Positions 52,288 to 61,754 of a stretch of 64,000 bases of DNA are shown here, piece after piece. This DNA is from an uncultured delta proteobacterium. Its GTDB lineage: Bacteria; Desulfobacterota; Desulfobacteria; Desulfobacterales; SpSt-501. Each line of letters begins with the position of its first letter. Position 1 is the first letter of the stretch. Position numbers and translations under genes: made by a program. The stretch lies in NCBI GenBank assembly GCA_963828345.1, contig CAWHEZ010000011.1:3615-67614 (forward strand). The letters are read 5' to 3'. The notes below the pieces were generated by a model that was given only the letters and a program-made list of their open reading frames with translations, had not been told where the DNA came from and searched no databases.

Positions 52288-53166
52288 TCACATCGCGTGG
52301 ATCAAATCGACAGGTTCGGTCAAGAGCTCGGCGCAGAACACCCGCCACCCGGGAGTCCCCGCAAGGGCGTCGGCGGCGTTGCGGGCGGCGCCCCGGTCGG
52401 GGAAGAGGCCGAAAACACTTGACCCGCTCCCGGACATGAGTGACCCCAGCGCCCCCAACTCTCTCAGGTGGTGCTTGATGGCGGTGAGCTCGGGGTGCAA
52501 CGCCAGCGTAACCGTCTCGAGATCATTGCACAAATGCTGCAGTGGGTCGAACGCTGCTGTCTTTAAATGGGCTCTTGTAGGTGGTTTTGTTCGGTTTGTC
52601 AATTGCAAATTCAAGTTTTGGTAAACCATTCGAGTGGATACGCTGAAGGGCGGGCTGACCACGACGGCCGTCAGGGGCGGGATGCGGGCATAGCGCTCGA
52701 GCCGGTCCCCGATGCCGGAGACCAGGGCGGGCGACTGGAAAATGAAGAAAGGGACATCCGCGCCGAGCCCTCTGCCCAGCGCGAGGAGGCGCGTGCGGGA
52801 AAGCGGCGCGCCGTGCAGGCGGTTCAGCCCGAGCAGCACGCCGGCCGCGTTGCTGCTGCCCCCGCCCAGCCCGGCGCCCGCCGGGATGTGCTTGTCCAGG
52901 CGGATCTCGGCCCCGCCCGGCCGCCCCAGCGCGTCGTAGAAACTGCGCGCCGCCCGGAAGGCGAGATTGCCCTCATCGGCCGGCAAGGCGGGGTCGGAGC
53001 ACTCCAGGCGGATCGCCCCGCCGCCCGCGGAGAGCTCGATGCGGTCGTAGAGGCCGATCCGGCACATGAGGGAAAAAAGGTCGTGGTATCCGTCCGGCCG
53101 GCGGCGCAGGACGCGCAGAAACAAATTGATCTTGGCGGGGGAGAGGATGGTGAGGGGGGTCGCCAC
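52288..53166 (-). CDS. ispE: 4-diphosphocytidyl-2-C-methyl-D-erythritol kinase
   Basis: PAKINLFL, GYHDL, PAGAGLGGGSSNAA, GADVPFF, MSGSG. Confidence 0.97.
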   Translation of the reverse strand: MATPLTILSPAKINLFLRVLRRRPDGYHDLFSLMCRIGLYDRIELSAGGGAIRLECSDPALPADEGNLAFRAARSFYDALGRPGGAEIRLDKHIPAGAGLGGGSSNAAGVLLGLNRLHGAPLSRTRLLALGRGLGADVPFFIFQSPALVSGIGDRLERYARIPPLTAVVVSPPFSVSTRMVYQNLNLQLTNRTKPPTRAHLKTAAFDPLQHLCNDLETVTLALHPELTAIKHHLRELGALGSLMSGSGSSVFGLFPDRGAARNAADALAGTPGWRVFCAELLTEPVDLIHAM

Positions 53167-53185
53167 GGCCCGGCTGGCGCCCGCT

Positions 53186-53590
53186 TCAGCCCTTTTCCTT
53201 CACGTACAGGATCCGCAGGTCGTAGAGGATGCTCTTCAGCATGCCGTCCTCGTCCGGGGTCAGGTTGCCGGCGGTCTTCTGCTGCAGCATGCTGATGATG
53301 TCGATGGTCTGCTTGGCCATGGGCAGGTTTTTTTCGGCCTTGCCCGAGACGGGGTCTTCGATGATCCCCAGATGGACCAGCGCCGACGCGTTGAGGGACG
53401 CGATGAAGGTCGGGAAGTTGATCTGGGGCAGCGGGGTCGACTCCGGCTGCGGCCGGGCCTGCCGCTCCGCCGCGGGCGGCTCCTCGGGCGCCACCCCCTC
53501 GGGGGCCGGCTTCGGGTCCGCAGGGGCCGGTCCCTCCGACGAGAACGTGCGGCGGTCTTTCACCACAAATCCCTTTTCGTTTTCGGCCAT
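53186..53590 (-). CDS. DUF1844-like hypothetical protein
   Basis: F..FIASL..ALVHLG..DP, AKQTIDII.ML..KT.GNL..DE pattern. Confidence 0.85.
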   Translation of the reverse strand: MAENEKGFVVKDRRTFSSEGPAPADPKPAPEGVAPEEPPAAERQARPQPESTPLPQINFPTFIASLNASALVHLGIIEDPVSGKAEKNLPMAKQTIDIISMLQQKTAGNLTPDEDGMLKSILYDLRILYVKEKG

Positions 53591-53658
53591 GACGCCTCCT
53601 CGTGGAAGGGGTTGGAAACGCTCGGGGTCAATCTACGCGAAACGGGCCGCTTGTCAAG

Positions 53659-54129
53659 TCAGTCGGCCTTCTCCGCCGCCTTGTCCAGCTTGCCGAAGGC
53701 GTACTTGCCGATGAGCCCCTCGATGTCCAGCGCCGGCTCGGTTTCGACGATCATCTCCCCGGGTTTCAGGTAGCGGTCGGACCCGCCGGGGGAGAGCAGG
53801 ATGTACTTGTCCCCCAGAAGCCCGGCCGTCTTGATGGAAGCGATCGTATCCTCGCTGACCTGGATGCTGTCGCGCACCTTCAGCCGCACCATGGCCACCA
53901 GGTCGCGCGGCTCCAGGGAGATGCCGTCCACCAGGCCGACCTGGACCCCCGCGATCTCGACCGTGGAGCCCGTCTTCAACCCGGCGACCGATTTGAAGCG
54001 GGCGTTCAGGAAGTAGTACTTGTCCCCCAGGACCTCGACCTCCCCGAGGCGGAAGGTGAGGTAGCCCACACAGATGATGCCGAGCAGGACAAAGACTCCC
54101 ACCCCGAGTTCCACCGATGACTGCCGCAT
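53659..54129 (-). CDS. mlaD: MCE protein MlaD
   Basis: VGVFVLLG, F..VAGLK.G..V.IAGVQVG, TAGLLGDKYI.L.PGG. Confidence 0.93.
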   Translation of the reverse strand: MRQSSVELGVGVFVLLGIICVGYLTFRLGEVEVLGDKYYFLNARFKSVAGLKTGSTVEIAGVQVGLVDGISLEPRDLVAMVRLKVRDSIQVSEDTIASIKTAGLLGDKYILLSPGGSDRYLKPGEMIVETEPALDIEGLIGKYAFGKLDKAAEKAD

Positions 54130-54253
54130 GTTGCCTCCCGCCGGATTCCGCCGGGCGGCGTCGGCACGACGCCGCCGCGCGGAAATGCGCCTTGGGTTGA
54201 CTCTCGTTTGGGCCGCGAACCCCGCCCCCCGCTGCGAGTCGGGGGGACAGGGC

Positions 54254-55468
54254 TCACGGCCGGAATTCGTAGAACACGGCCTGCGCCTTTTCGGCCTCGG
54301 CGATCAGCCCCTCCGGGCTGCCGTCCCGTCGGGCCTGGGCGACCCCCGCGCTGACCGAGTACCCGAACCCCTTCGCCATGTCGATCGAGCGGAAGAGGTC
54401 GTTGGCCTGCATGGTGCGGGAGATCTTCCGGCAGAAGCTGCGCGCCTGCTGGTCGCTGGTGTCGGGCATCACCACCAGGATCTTGTTGATGCCGTGGCGG
54501 AAGCAGGTGTCCGTGATGTAGGTGTTCTGAGTCACGTGGTTGGCGAAGGTCTTGAACACCGTCTGCCCGGCCACGTGACCGGCGATGCGGTCGATGTCGG
54601 CCAGGTTGTCCATCGCCAGCATGACGATCGAGAACGGGATCGCGTGGCGCTGCAGGCGGCTCAGCTCCTGCAGCAGCCGGGCCTGGCCGATCGACTGCGA
54701 GGTGGCGCCCGTCAGGTCGTCGCGCGGGCTCTCCAACCCCTGGATGAAGTTGCGGACGCCGGGGTCCGAGGCCTGCTGGATCTCCTCCGGGGTGCCCTCG
54801 AAGCGAATCCGGCCCTCGTCGATCATCGCCACCCACTGCGAGATGAAGAAGATGTCCGGGATCTCGTGGCTGACGACCACACCGGTGAAGCCGAAGCGGC
54901 GCTGGTAGTCGAGGATCATGCTGTGCACGGCGTTCTTGCGGATCGGGTCCAGCCCGGTGGTCGGCTCGTCGAAGAGCACGATCTCGGGGTCGGTCACGAG
55001 CGCGCGCGCGAGCGCGACCCGTTTCTTCATGCCGCCCGAGAGCTGCGCGGGGTACTTGTGCTCGATGTCGTGCAGGTCCAGCGCGTGCAGCTTGTTGCGC
55101 ACGCGCCGGAAGATGTCCTCCCGGGGGATGCCCTTGCGCTCGACCAGCGGGAGCGCGACGTTTTCGAAAACGTTGAGGAAGTCGAAAAGGGCCGTGTCCT
55201 GGAACACATAGCTGAATTTCTGCTTGAGCCCGCGCCGTTCGGCCGGGCTCATCACCGCCCGGCTGCGCCCCTCGAACAGGATCTCCCCTGCATCGGGCTC
55301 GAACAGCCCGATGACGTGCTTGAGCAAAACGCTCTTGCCCGAGCCGCTCTTGCCGATGACCGCCGTGATCTGACCGCGCTGGATGCTCAGGTCCACCCCG
55401 TCCAGGACCCGGTTCACGCCCAGGCTCTTGACCACCCCCTTGAGTTCGATCAGCGGAGACCCGTTCAT
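54254..55468 (-). CDS. mlaF: MlaF-type ABC ATPase with C-terminal degenerate GGDEF domain
   Basis: GKSGSGKS, LSGGMKKRVALARA, DEPTTGLDP, VSHEI; then DDLTG, GHVAGQ, FRHGINKI, SVSAGVA. Confidence 0.88.
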   Translation of the reverse strand: MNGSPLIELKGVVKSLGVNRVLDGVDLSIQRGQITAVIGKSGSGKSVLLKHVIGLFEPDAGEILFEGRSRAVMSPAERRGLKQKFSYVFQDTALFDFLNVFENVALPLVERKGIPREDIFRRVRNKLHALDLHDIEHKYPAQLSGGMKKRVALARALVTDPEIVLFDEPTTGLDPIRKNAVHSMILDYQRRFGFTGVVVSHEIPDIFFISQWVAMIDEGRIRFEGTPEEIQQASDPGVRNFIQGLESPRDDLTGATSQSIGQARLLQELSRLQRHAIPFSIVMLAMDNLADIDRIAGHVAGQTVFKTFANHVTQNTYITDTCFRHGINKILVVMPDTSDQQARSFCRKISRTMQANDLFRSIDMAKGFGYSVSAGVAQARRDGSPEGLIAEAEKAQAVFYEFRP

Positions 55469-55478
55469 TGCAGCCCCG

Positions 55479-56279
55479 TCACAGGAGGAAGGTGGTCAGC
55501 ACGTAGTCGGTCACCAGGACCACGACGCACGATATGACGACGGCCGATGTCGTCGAGATGCTCACGCCCTTGGCCCCGTACTCGGCCCGGGTGTGGGTGT
55601 AGTAGCCCTGAAAACAGCAGATGGTCACGGTGACCACCGCGAATGCCAGCGACTTGATGAACCCGCCCACGATGTCGGCGGTCTCGACGCTGGACTGGGC
55701 GCGCGAAAAATAGAAGGCCGGGTTGACCCCCAGCAGGGCCGACCCGGACAGGTAGCCGCCGAAGAGCCCCACCACGTCGAAAAGCGCGGTCAGGAGCGGG
55801 AAACAGACCAGCGCCGCGGCGATGCGGGGGGCGACCAGGAACCGCATGGGGTTGATGTCCATGGTCTTCAGCGCGTCGATCTGCTCCGAGATCCGCATGA
55901 TGCCGATCTCGGCCGCCATGGCCGACCCGCCGCGGGCGATCACCATGATGGCCGTGAGCACCGGGCCCATCTCGCGCACGAGGGAGAGCGCCACCGCCGA
56001 GCCGAGCGCCGCGGTCGAGCCGTACTTGACCAGCGCGTAGTAGCCCTGCAGGCCGAGCACCATGCCGGTGAATCCGGCCGTCAGGCTGATGACGAACACC
56101 GACTTCATGCCGATGAAGTAGATCTGCTGCCGGATCTTGTCGAACTGGATGGGCGGCTGGAAGATGAGCACGAAGCCGCGGACGAAGAACAGGAACAGAC
56201 GGCCGAGGTAGCGCACGAAGTCGATGACCTCGCGCCCCAGGGCGGCTACGGGCGTTTTCAGTGTGACAAGGTTGAGCAT
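55479..56279 (-). CDS. mlaE: MlaE ABC permease
   Basis: FTGMVLGLQ, REMGPVLTA, AEIGIMRISEQIDAL. Confidence 0.94.
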   Translation of the reverse strand: MLNLVTLKTPVAALGREVIDFVRYLGRLFLFFVRGFVLIFQPPIQFDKIRQQIYFIGMKSVFVISLTAGFTGMVLGLQGYYALVKYGSTAALGSAVALSLVREMGPVLTAIMVIARGGSAMAAEIGIMRISEQIDALKTMDINPMRFLVAPRIAAALVCFPLLTALFDVVGLFGGYLSGSALLGVNPAFYFSRAQSSVETADIVGGFIKSLAFAVVTVTICCFQGYYTHTRAEYGAKGVSISTTSAVVISCVVVLVTDYVLTTFLL

Positions 56280-56435
56280 ACGTGATACGTTGGCGCCGTT
56301 GGAATGGGCACGGTGCGCGGCGGGCCGCGCGGCGTGAAGTTGAAATTTTGTATTCGACTCCCCCAGCATTGTCAAGCCGGTTATCGGCCGCTGCAACGGG
56401 CAGCGGTCGTTTTTTTGGCGGGAACGGGAAAACGG

Positions 56436-58316
56436 ATGTTACGGGCAGAGAGCATCAGCAAGAGCTACGGGGGGCGCGTGCTGTTCGACCGGGTGGACTT
56501 CACCGTGGGCACACGCGAACGGGTGGGGCTGGTCGGCCGCAACGGCCACGGCAAGACCACTCTGTTCCGCCTGATCGCCGGGGAGGAGCAGCCGGACGGC
56601 GGCAACCTCGTGACCCCGCGCCACTACCGCGTCGGCTACGTGCGGCAGCAGCTGGAGTTTACCCGGCCCTCGATCCTCGAGGAGGCCATGACGGCGCTGC
56701 CCCCGGGCGAGAGCGACCACCACTGGAAGGCCGAGAAGGTCCTGGCCGGGCTCGGCTTCTCCCGGGCGGACCTCGCGCGGCCGCCGGCGGAGTTCTCGGG
56801 CGGCTACCAGGTGCGCCTCAACCTGGCCAAGGCCCTGATCTCCGAGCCGGACCTGCTGCTGCTGGACGAGCCCACCAACTTTCTCGACATCACGTCGATC
56901 CGCTGGGTGGAGCGCTTCCTGATCGCCTGGCCGCGCGAGCTGCTCGTGATCACGCACGACCGCAGCTTCATGGACCGCGTGGTCACCCACGTCATGGGCA
57001 TCCACCGCCAGAAGGTCCGCAAGATCGCGGGCACCACCGACAGCTACTACGGGCAGATCGCGCAGGACGAGGAGATCTACGAGAAGACGCGCCTGAACGA
57101 CGAACGCCGGCGCAAGGAGGTGGAGCTCTTCATCACGCGCTTCCGCGCCAAGGCGCGGCTGGCCGGGCTGGTGCAGTCCCGGGTCAAGGCCCTCCAGAAG
57201 ATGGAGAAGCGCGACAAACTCGAGCAGCTGAAGGACCTCGAATTCGCCTTCCGCGAAAAGCCCCTGCCCGGCAAGCACGCGGTGCAGGCGCGGCACCTCA
57301 CGTTCGGCTACGACCCGGGCCGGCCGCTGCTGCGGGACCTCTCGATCACCATCACGGCCGGGGAGCGCGTCGCGATCGTCGGCCCCAACGGCAAGGGCAA
57401 GACCACGCTCCTCAAGCTCCTGGCCGGAGCGCTGTCCCCCGACTCCGGCGAAGTGCTCTACCACCCGGCCATCCAGAAGGGCTTCTTCGAGCAGACCAAC
57501 GTGAGCCACCTCATCCCGAACCGCACGGTCGAGGAGGAGATCCTGAACTGCGACGCCGCGGTCGACCGCCAGACGGCGCGCAACATCTGCGGGGCGATGC
57601 TGTTCTCGGGCGACGACGCGCTCAAGAAAATCGCGGTGCTTTCAGGCGGTGAGCGCAGCCGCGTGCTGCTCGGGCAGATCATCGCCACCCCGGTGAACCT
57701 GCTGCTGCTGGACGAGCCCACCAACCACCTGGACCTGGAGTCCTGCGACGCGCTCCTGGAGGCTCTCGACGCCTTCGAGGGAACGCTCATCCTGGTCACC
57801 CACAACGAGATGTTCCTGCACGCCCTGGCCGAGCGGCTGATCGTCTTCCGCGAGGACGCGGTCGAGCTGTTCGACGGCAGGTACCAGGAGTTCCTGGACC
57901 AGGGCGGGTGGCAGGACGAGCGGCCGGCCGGCAAGGCGGAGGCGGAGACCGACGGCGCGCAGCTCGAGAACCTCAAGGCGGCGCGCAAGGAGTTGCGCCG
58001 CCGGCGCTCTGAAATCAACGCCCGCCGCACGCGCGCGCTCAAACCGCTGGAGGACCGGATGAAGCGCCTGGAGCGCGACATCGAGCGCCGCGACGCCGAG
58101 ATGGCCGCCCACTCCCAGGCCATGCAGGCCGCCTCCGAGAGCCGCGACGGCGCGCGCATCGCCGAGGTCTCCCAGGCCATGCACGCCAGCCAGAAGGAGA
58201 TCGACCGTCTCTTCGACGAGCTCGACCGCGCCACCCGGGAGCACGAGGGCCTGAGCGCCGACTTCGACCGGGAGCTGGCCGAGGTGGAGGAGTCGGCCAC
58301 GGGCATCGAGGGTTGA
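56436..58316 (+). CDS. ABC-F family ATPase (translation-associated)
   Basis: Two NBDs (GRNGHGKT and GPNGKGKT, DEPTN twice), no TM helices, C-terminal coiled coil. Confidence 0.92.
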   Translation: MLRAESISKSYGGRVLFDRVDFTVGTRERVGLVGRNGHGKTTLFRLIAGEEQPDGGNLVTPRHYRVGYVRQQLEFTRPSILEEAMTALPPGESDHHWKAEKVLAGLGFSRADLARPPAEFSGGYQVRLNLAKALISEPDLLLLDEPTNFLDITSIRWVERFLIAWPRELLVITHDRSFMDRVVTHVMGIHRQKVRKIAGTTDSYYGQIAQDEEIYEKTRLNDERRRKEVELFITRFRAKARLAGLVQSRVKALQKMEKRDKLEQLKDLEFAFREKPLPGKHAVQARHLTFGYDPGRPLLRDLSITITAGERVAIVGPNGKGKTTLLKLLAGALSPDSGEVLYHPAIQKGFFEQTNVSHLIPNRTVEEEILNCDAAVDRQTARNICGAMLFSGDDALKKIAVLSGGERSRVLLGQIIATPVNLLLLDEPTNHLDLESCDALLEALDAFEGTLILVTHNEMFLHALAERLIVFREDAVELFDGRYQEFLDQGGWQDERPAGKAEAETDGAQLENLKAARKELRRRRSEINARRTRALKPLEDRMKRLERDIERRDAEMAAHSQAMQAASESRDGARIAEVSQAMHASQKEIDRLFDELDRATREHEGLSADFDRELAEVEESATGIEG

Positions 58317-58391
58317 GGCGCCGCCATTTTGCCCGACCGGGTGCGCCTCCGGTCCGCGCAACGCGGGATCGCGGAAACGCCGTTTTTCGAG

Positions 58392-58760
58392 TCATTCCTC
58401 GTCGCAGGTCAGTTTTTCCACCCGCTCTTGCTGCTTTTTACACTGGATACAGAGCTCCGTTACCGGTCGCAGTTTGAGCCGGGCGATGTCGATGGCCTCC
58501 TCGCACTCCTCGCAAATCCCAAACGTCCGGTCATCGATCTTCTGCAGCGCCTTCTTGATCTTCACCATCAGCTTCTTGTCGCGCTCCATCATGTGGACCG
58601 CCAGCTCTCTTTCAGACTCGAGCGCGGCGCGATCCAGAGGGTCGGCTGAGGCAACGGTCGCATTCAGCAACACGGCGATGGAGCCCTCGGATTTCCGGGC
58701 GAGGTGTTCCAGCTGCTTCTTCAGCGTCACGCGGAAAAAGTCCAATTCCTTCTTTTTCAT
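58392..58760 (-). CDS. dksA: DksA/TraR-family C4 zinc-finger protein
   Basis: DPLDRA (DxxDxA), FGICEEC...RL..RP...LCIQC. Confidence 0.88.
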   Translation of the reverse strand: MKKKELDFFRVTLKKQLEHLARKSEGSIAVLLNATVASADPLDRAALESERELAVHMMERDKKLMVKIKKALQKIDDRTFGICEECEEAIDIARLKLRPVTELCIQCKKQQERVEKLTCDEE

Positions 58761-58853
58761 ACCGGCCCTCCTTTCGGTTGCGCCCTGCCCTTACCCAGAG
58801 GCCTCTGCGCCGGCGCCGTGACCGCCCCGGGGGCCCGCGGTCGTCCACGCCGG

Positions 58854-59291
58854 TCAGCGATACACCAGCACGGGAACTTTCGAATGGGTCAGCACCTTTT
58901 GAGTCTCGCTGCCGAGAAGCAGCGCCCCGACCCCCCTGCGGCCGTGGGAGGCCATCATGATGAGGTCGCACCCTTTCTGTTCGGCGACCCGGATGATCGC
59001 TTCAAACGGGTAGTCGCTGACCTCGAAGAGCGTCTCACAGGGGACCCCCTCGTCCTGGGCGGCCTGTGTGACGACGGCAAGGATGCGGTCGGCCTCCGGC
59101 CGGTGTTGCCGGATGGTCTCCTCCTTCGACTGCACGATGATACCGGTCTGGTACAGATAATATTTCCTTTCCGGGATCACGACGACCCCGAGGACCGCGG
59201 CCTGGAGGCGCTTGGCAAACTCGACCCCCCGGTGAACCGAGGCACGCGAGAGTGCCGAGCCGTCCGTCGGCAACAGGATGCGCTTGAACAT
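58854..59291 (-). CDS. Universal stress protein
   Basis: ILLPTDGS, CDLIMMASHGRRG, LGSETQKVL. Confidence 0.95.
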   Translation of the reverse strand: MFKRILLPTDGSALSRASVHRGVEFAKRLQAAVLGVVVIPERKYYLYQTGIIVQSKEETIRQHRPEADRILAVVTQAAQDEGVPCETLFEVSDYPFEAIIRVAEQKGCDLIMMASHGRRGVGALLLGSETQKVLTHSKVPVLVYR

Positions 59292-59318
59292 ATCCCCCTC
59301 CTTTCCACCTCGGCGGGA

Positions 59319-59831
59319 TCACCGGAACACCAGCACCGGAATCTTGGAGTGGGTCAGCACTTTCTGGGTTTCGCTGCCGAGCAAGAGCGCCCGGATGCCC
59401 TTTCTCCCATGAGACGCCATCAGGATGAGGTCGCAGCCCTGTTCCTCGGCAACGCTGAGGATCGTCTCGTAGGGGTGGTCGGAGATCTCCACCACGGCGT
59501 CGCACGCCACCCCGGCACCGTGGGCCATCCTTGCCAACGCGGCCACGTGGATCTTCGCATCGGCCCTCATGCGCTCTTCGGTCGGTTCCGTAACCCTTCG
59601 CGGAATTTCCCCGCCGTAAAACGACGGGTAGACCTGCGGCACCCCGCACCAGTCGGCCGGTTCCGCAACCCCTCTCGGGGTTTCCCGGTCGGAATACGAC
59701 GGGTGGACCTTCGGCACCACGCACAAGCCGGTGACCCGGGCGTGGATACTCCGCGCGAAAACGATGCCTTTCTCGATCGCGGCATCGGAAAGCGGGGACC
59801 CGTCCGTCGGCAGCAGAATGTGCGTGAACAT
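59319..59831 (-). CDS. Universal stress protein with internal 25-aa duplication
   Basis: ILLPTDGS, DLILMASHGRKG, LGSETQKVL. Confidence 0.93.
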   Translation of the reverse strand: MFTHILLPTDGSPLSDAAIEKGIVFARSIHARVTGLCVVPKVHPSYSDRETPRGVAEPADWCGVPQVYPSFYGGEIPRRVTEPTEERMRADAKIHVAALARMAHGAGVACDAVVEISDHPYETILSVAEEQGCDLILMASHGRKGIRALLLGSETQKVLTHSKIPVLVFR

Positions 59832-59854
59832 GCGCACCTCCCGTCTGGAAGACC

Positions 59855-60292
59855 TTAACGGAGCACCAGCACCGGGATGTTCGAGTGGGTGAGCACCTTT
59901 TGGGTTTCGCTGCCGAGCAGAACCCCGGCGACCCCGCGCCGTCCGTGAGACGCCATCACGATCAGGTCGCAGCCCCTATTCACGGCCGCGGCGACGATGA
60001 CCTCGTACGGGTGGTCGCTGGATTCGCACACCGTCTCGCAGGGCACCCCGGCCTGCGCCGCGGCCTTCGCGATGGTCTCCAGCCGCCGGGTCGCCTCCAG
60101 CCGGTGCTGCCGCGCCGTCTCCTCCTTCACCTGGAGCGTGATGTCCGTCTGGTAGAGATAGTACTGATCCATGGGCACGACGCTGATGCCGGTGACCCTG
60201 GCGTTCAACGCCTTGGCGAGCTGCACCCCTTTTTGGATCGCGGCCCGCGACAGATTGGAACCGTCCGTCGGAAGCAACAGGTGCGTAAACAT
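59855..60292 (-). CDS. Universal stress protein
   Basis: LLLPTDGS, DLIVMASHGRRG, LGSETQKVL. Confidence 0.95.
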   Translation of the reverse strand: MFTHLLLPTDGSNLSRAAIQKGVQLAKALNARVTGISVVPMDQYYLYQTDITLQVKEETARQHRLEATRRLETIAKAAAQAGVPCETVCESSDHPYEVIVAAAVNRGCDLIVMASHGRRGVAGVLLGSETQKVLTHSNIPVLVLR

Positions 60293-60353
60293 TCGTCCCT
60301 CCTTTGGCTGCCCGACGCGCCGGGGCGCCGGTTGCGCCCGGGCGGCGAGCGGT

Positions 60354-60677
60354 TCACCGGTTGGGGTCCACCACCTGCCAGTTCGCCTCGAACGTGTTGT
60401 CGTGCAGGGAGTAGGCGTAGCCCCGCATCCGCCCGATCCCCGGCAGCTGGCCTTCCTGCACGCGCCAGTAGCAGAGGTAGACGGCCGGGACGACCCGGTA
60501 GTCCTGGGGGTCGGCCGCGTTGACGGTGTTGAGCCAGACCTCGCGCTTTTCGATCACGCGCCAGAGCGTGCCGTACTTCCGGCTGCGCACCGATTGCCCG
60601 ACGCTGGGCAGGTGTTTTTCGCGAATCACCTCGTCGTGGGTCTCCAGTTTCTCGCGCACCACATCCTCGTCCAACAT
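60354..60677 (-). CDS. Hypothetical protein (107 aa)
   Basis: AGGAGG RBS, natural composition, same strand as its neighbours. Confidence 0.75.
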   Translation of the reverse strand: MLDEDVVREKLETHDEVIREKHLPSVGQSVRSRKYGTLWRVIEKREVWLNTVNAADPQDYRVVPAVYLCYWRVQEGQLPGIGRMRGYAYSLHDNTFEANWQVVDPNR

Positions 60678-60707
60678 GCCAGCCTCCTTTCCCCGCCCTT
60701 GTGGGGG

Positions 60708-61022
60708 CTACAGGGCCAGGTATTTCAACCCGATCCGGTAGCACGCCTCCGGCGGGGCGATTCGGTGTTGCGACCACCTGACCTCGGCGACGGCCAGGCA
60801 GGAAATCTCCATTGGAACGGCGCCATCGCCCGGCCGCCGCGCAGCGCGGACCGACAGCACGGTCCCAACGGCGAAATCCCGGGGCACCAGGACGCACAGG
60901 CCGTCGCGGCTGTAGCTCTCGATCCGCCCGGGGTAGACCCCTCCATGGGGGTCGCCGGTGACGCGGCTGCACACGACCGAGATGTCGACCCGGCTGCGGC
61001 GGCTCTTGCGCTTTTCGTCCAT
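60708..61022 (-). CDS. PilZ-domain protein
   Basis: RKSRR (RxxxR), SYSRDG ([D/N]xSxxG-like), AEVRW, YRIGLKY; GAAGGAAGG RBS. Confidence 0.8.
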   Translation of the reverse strand: MDEKRKSRRSRVDISVVCSRVTGDPHGGVYPGRIESYSRDGLCVLVPRDFAVGTVLSVRAARRPGDGAVPMEISCLAVAEVRWSQHRIAPPEACYRIGLKYLAL

Positions 61023-61030
61023 GCCTTCCT

Positions 61031-61320
61031 TCACGGGCCACTCCCCGCGGGCGCATCCTCGCCCGTCCGGTCCGACAGGGGCTCCGGAGGCGCGATACAA
61101 TAGTCCCTCCAGACACATCCGATCCCGTCGCAGGCGGTTTGACCGCTGCGGAAACAGTCCCGCACGCCGTCCAGCCGCTGCAGGCTGCGCACCAACCGGG
61201 TCAGATCGCAGATGTCCTCAAACACGGCGGCCTCCACGACACTGCCGGAGACGGGCTCCGGCCAGACATGCGCCGATGGGTTCGACTCCCTTCTCCTACG
61301 TCTGCAAAGCACTGTCCATG
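61031..61320 (-). CDS. Small hypothetical protein with C-terminal 4-Cys motif; start uncertain
   Basis: LVRSLQRLDGVRDCFRSGQTACDGIGCVWRDYC. Confidence 0.5.
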
Positions 61321-61615
61321 AGCGGCGGGCCTCAATTGCATAGGGGGAACCCGCAGGTGCGGGAGGTTTTCCCGGCCGGGGTGGGGGAAAGACGGGAATC
61401 GGCGGGAAAAGGGATGGCGTCATCCCTTCAAGCGGCAGCAGCCAACCCGCCTGCCGCAACACGATGACGGCCCCCGGGAGGATTTCAGGTACGCCACCTG
61501 ATCCATTGCCCTGAAAATGGAGGCGGGGGCCGTGCACGCTCGTTATCGAAATCCATGGCGCATACACGGGCCCATGCAGCTCGCTTGACATCCAGATGGG
61601 GATGTGATCCTAATA

Positions 61616-61650
61616 TTCGCATATGCGTATTGCGTTCGTATATGCGAACG
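61616..61650 (+). promoter_or_regulatory. Tandem palindromic operator pair upstream of the TRAP operon
   Basis: TTCGCATATGCGTA and CGTTCGTATATGCGAACG, centres 19 bp apart; TTGACA at 61585. Confidence 0.55.
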
Positions 61651-61754
61651 TTAACCTCATGGAGACCCGGGCATCCGGATGATTTTAGCGCCACCATTTG
61701 AGTCAACGGATGAGCCGGCCAGAAACCTCAACCGGTCGAAAAGGATGGAATGAG

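Noticed and set aside
54130-54253. GC-rich hairpins between mlaF and mlaD as a riboswitch
   Set aside because: Short stems are expected at this GC content and no known aptamer consensus (e.g. c-di-GMP) is recognisable.
56436-58316. ABC-F as an antibiotic-resistance determinant
   Set aside because: Cannot be distinguished from housekeeping ABC-F proteins by eye, and there is no leader peptide or mobile context.
61278-61290. GGGTTCGACTCCC, resembling a tRNA T-arm or att-site remnant
   Set aside because: No acceptor stem, D-arm, anticodon arm or CCA, and no integrase nearby; it lies in a probable minus-strand ORF.
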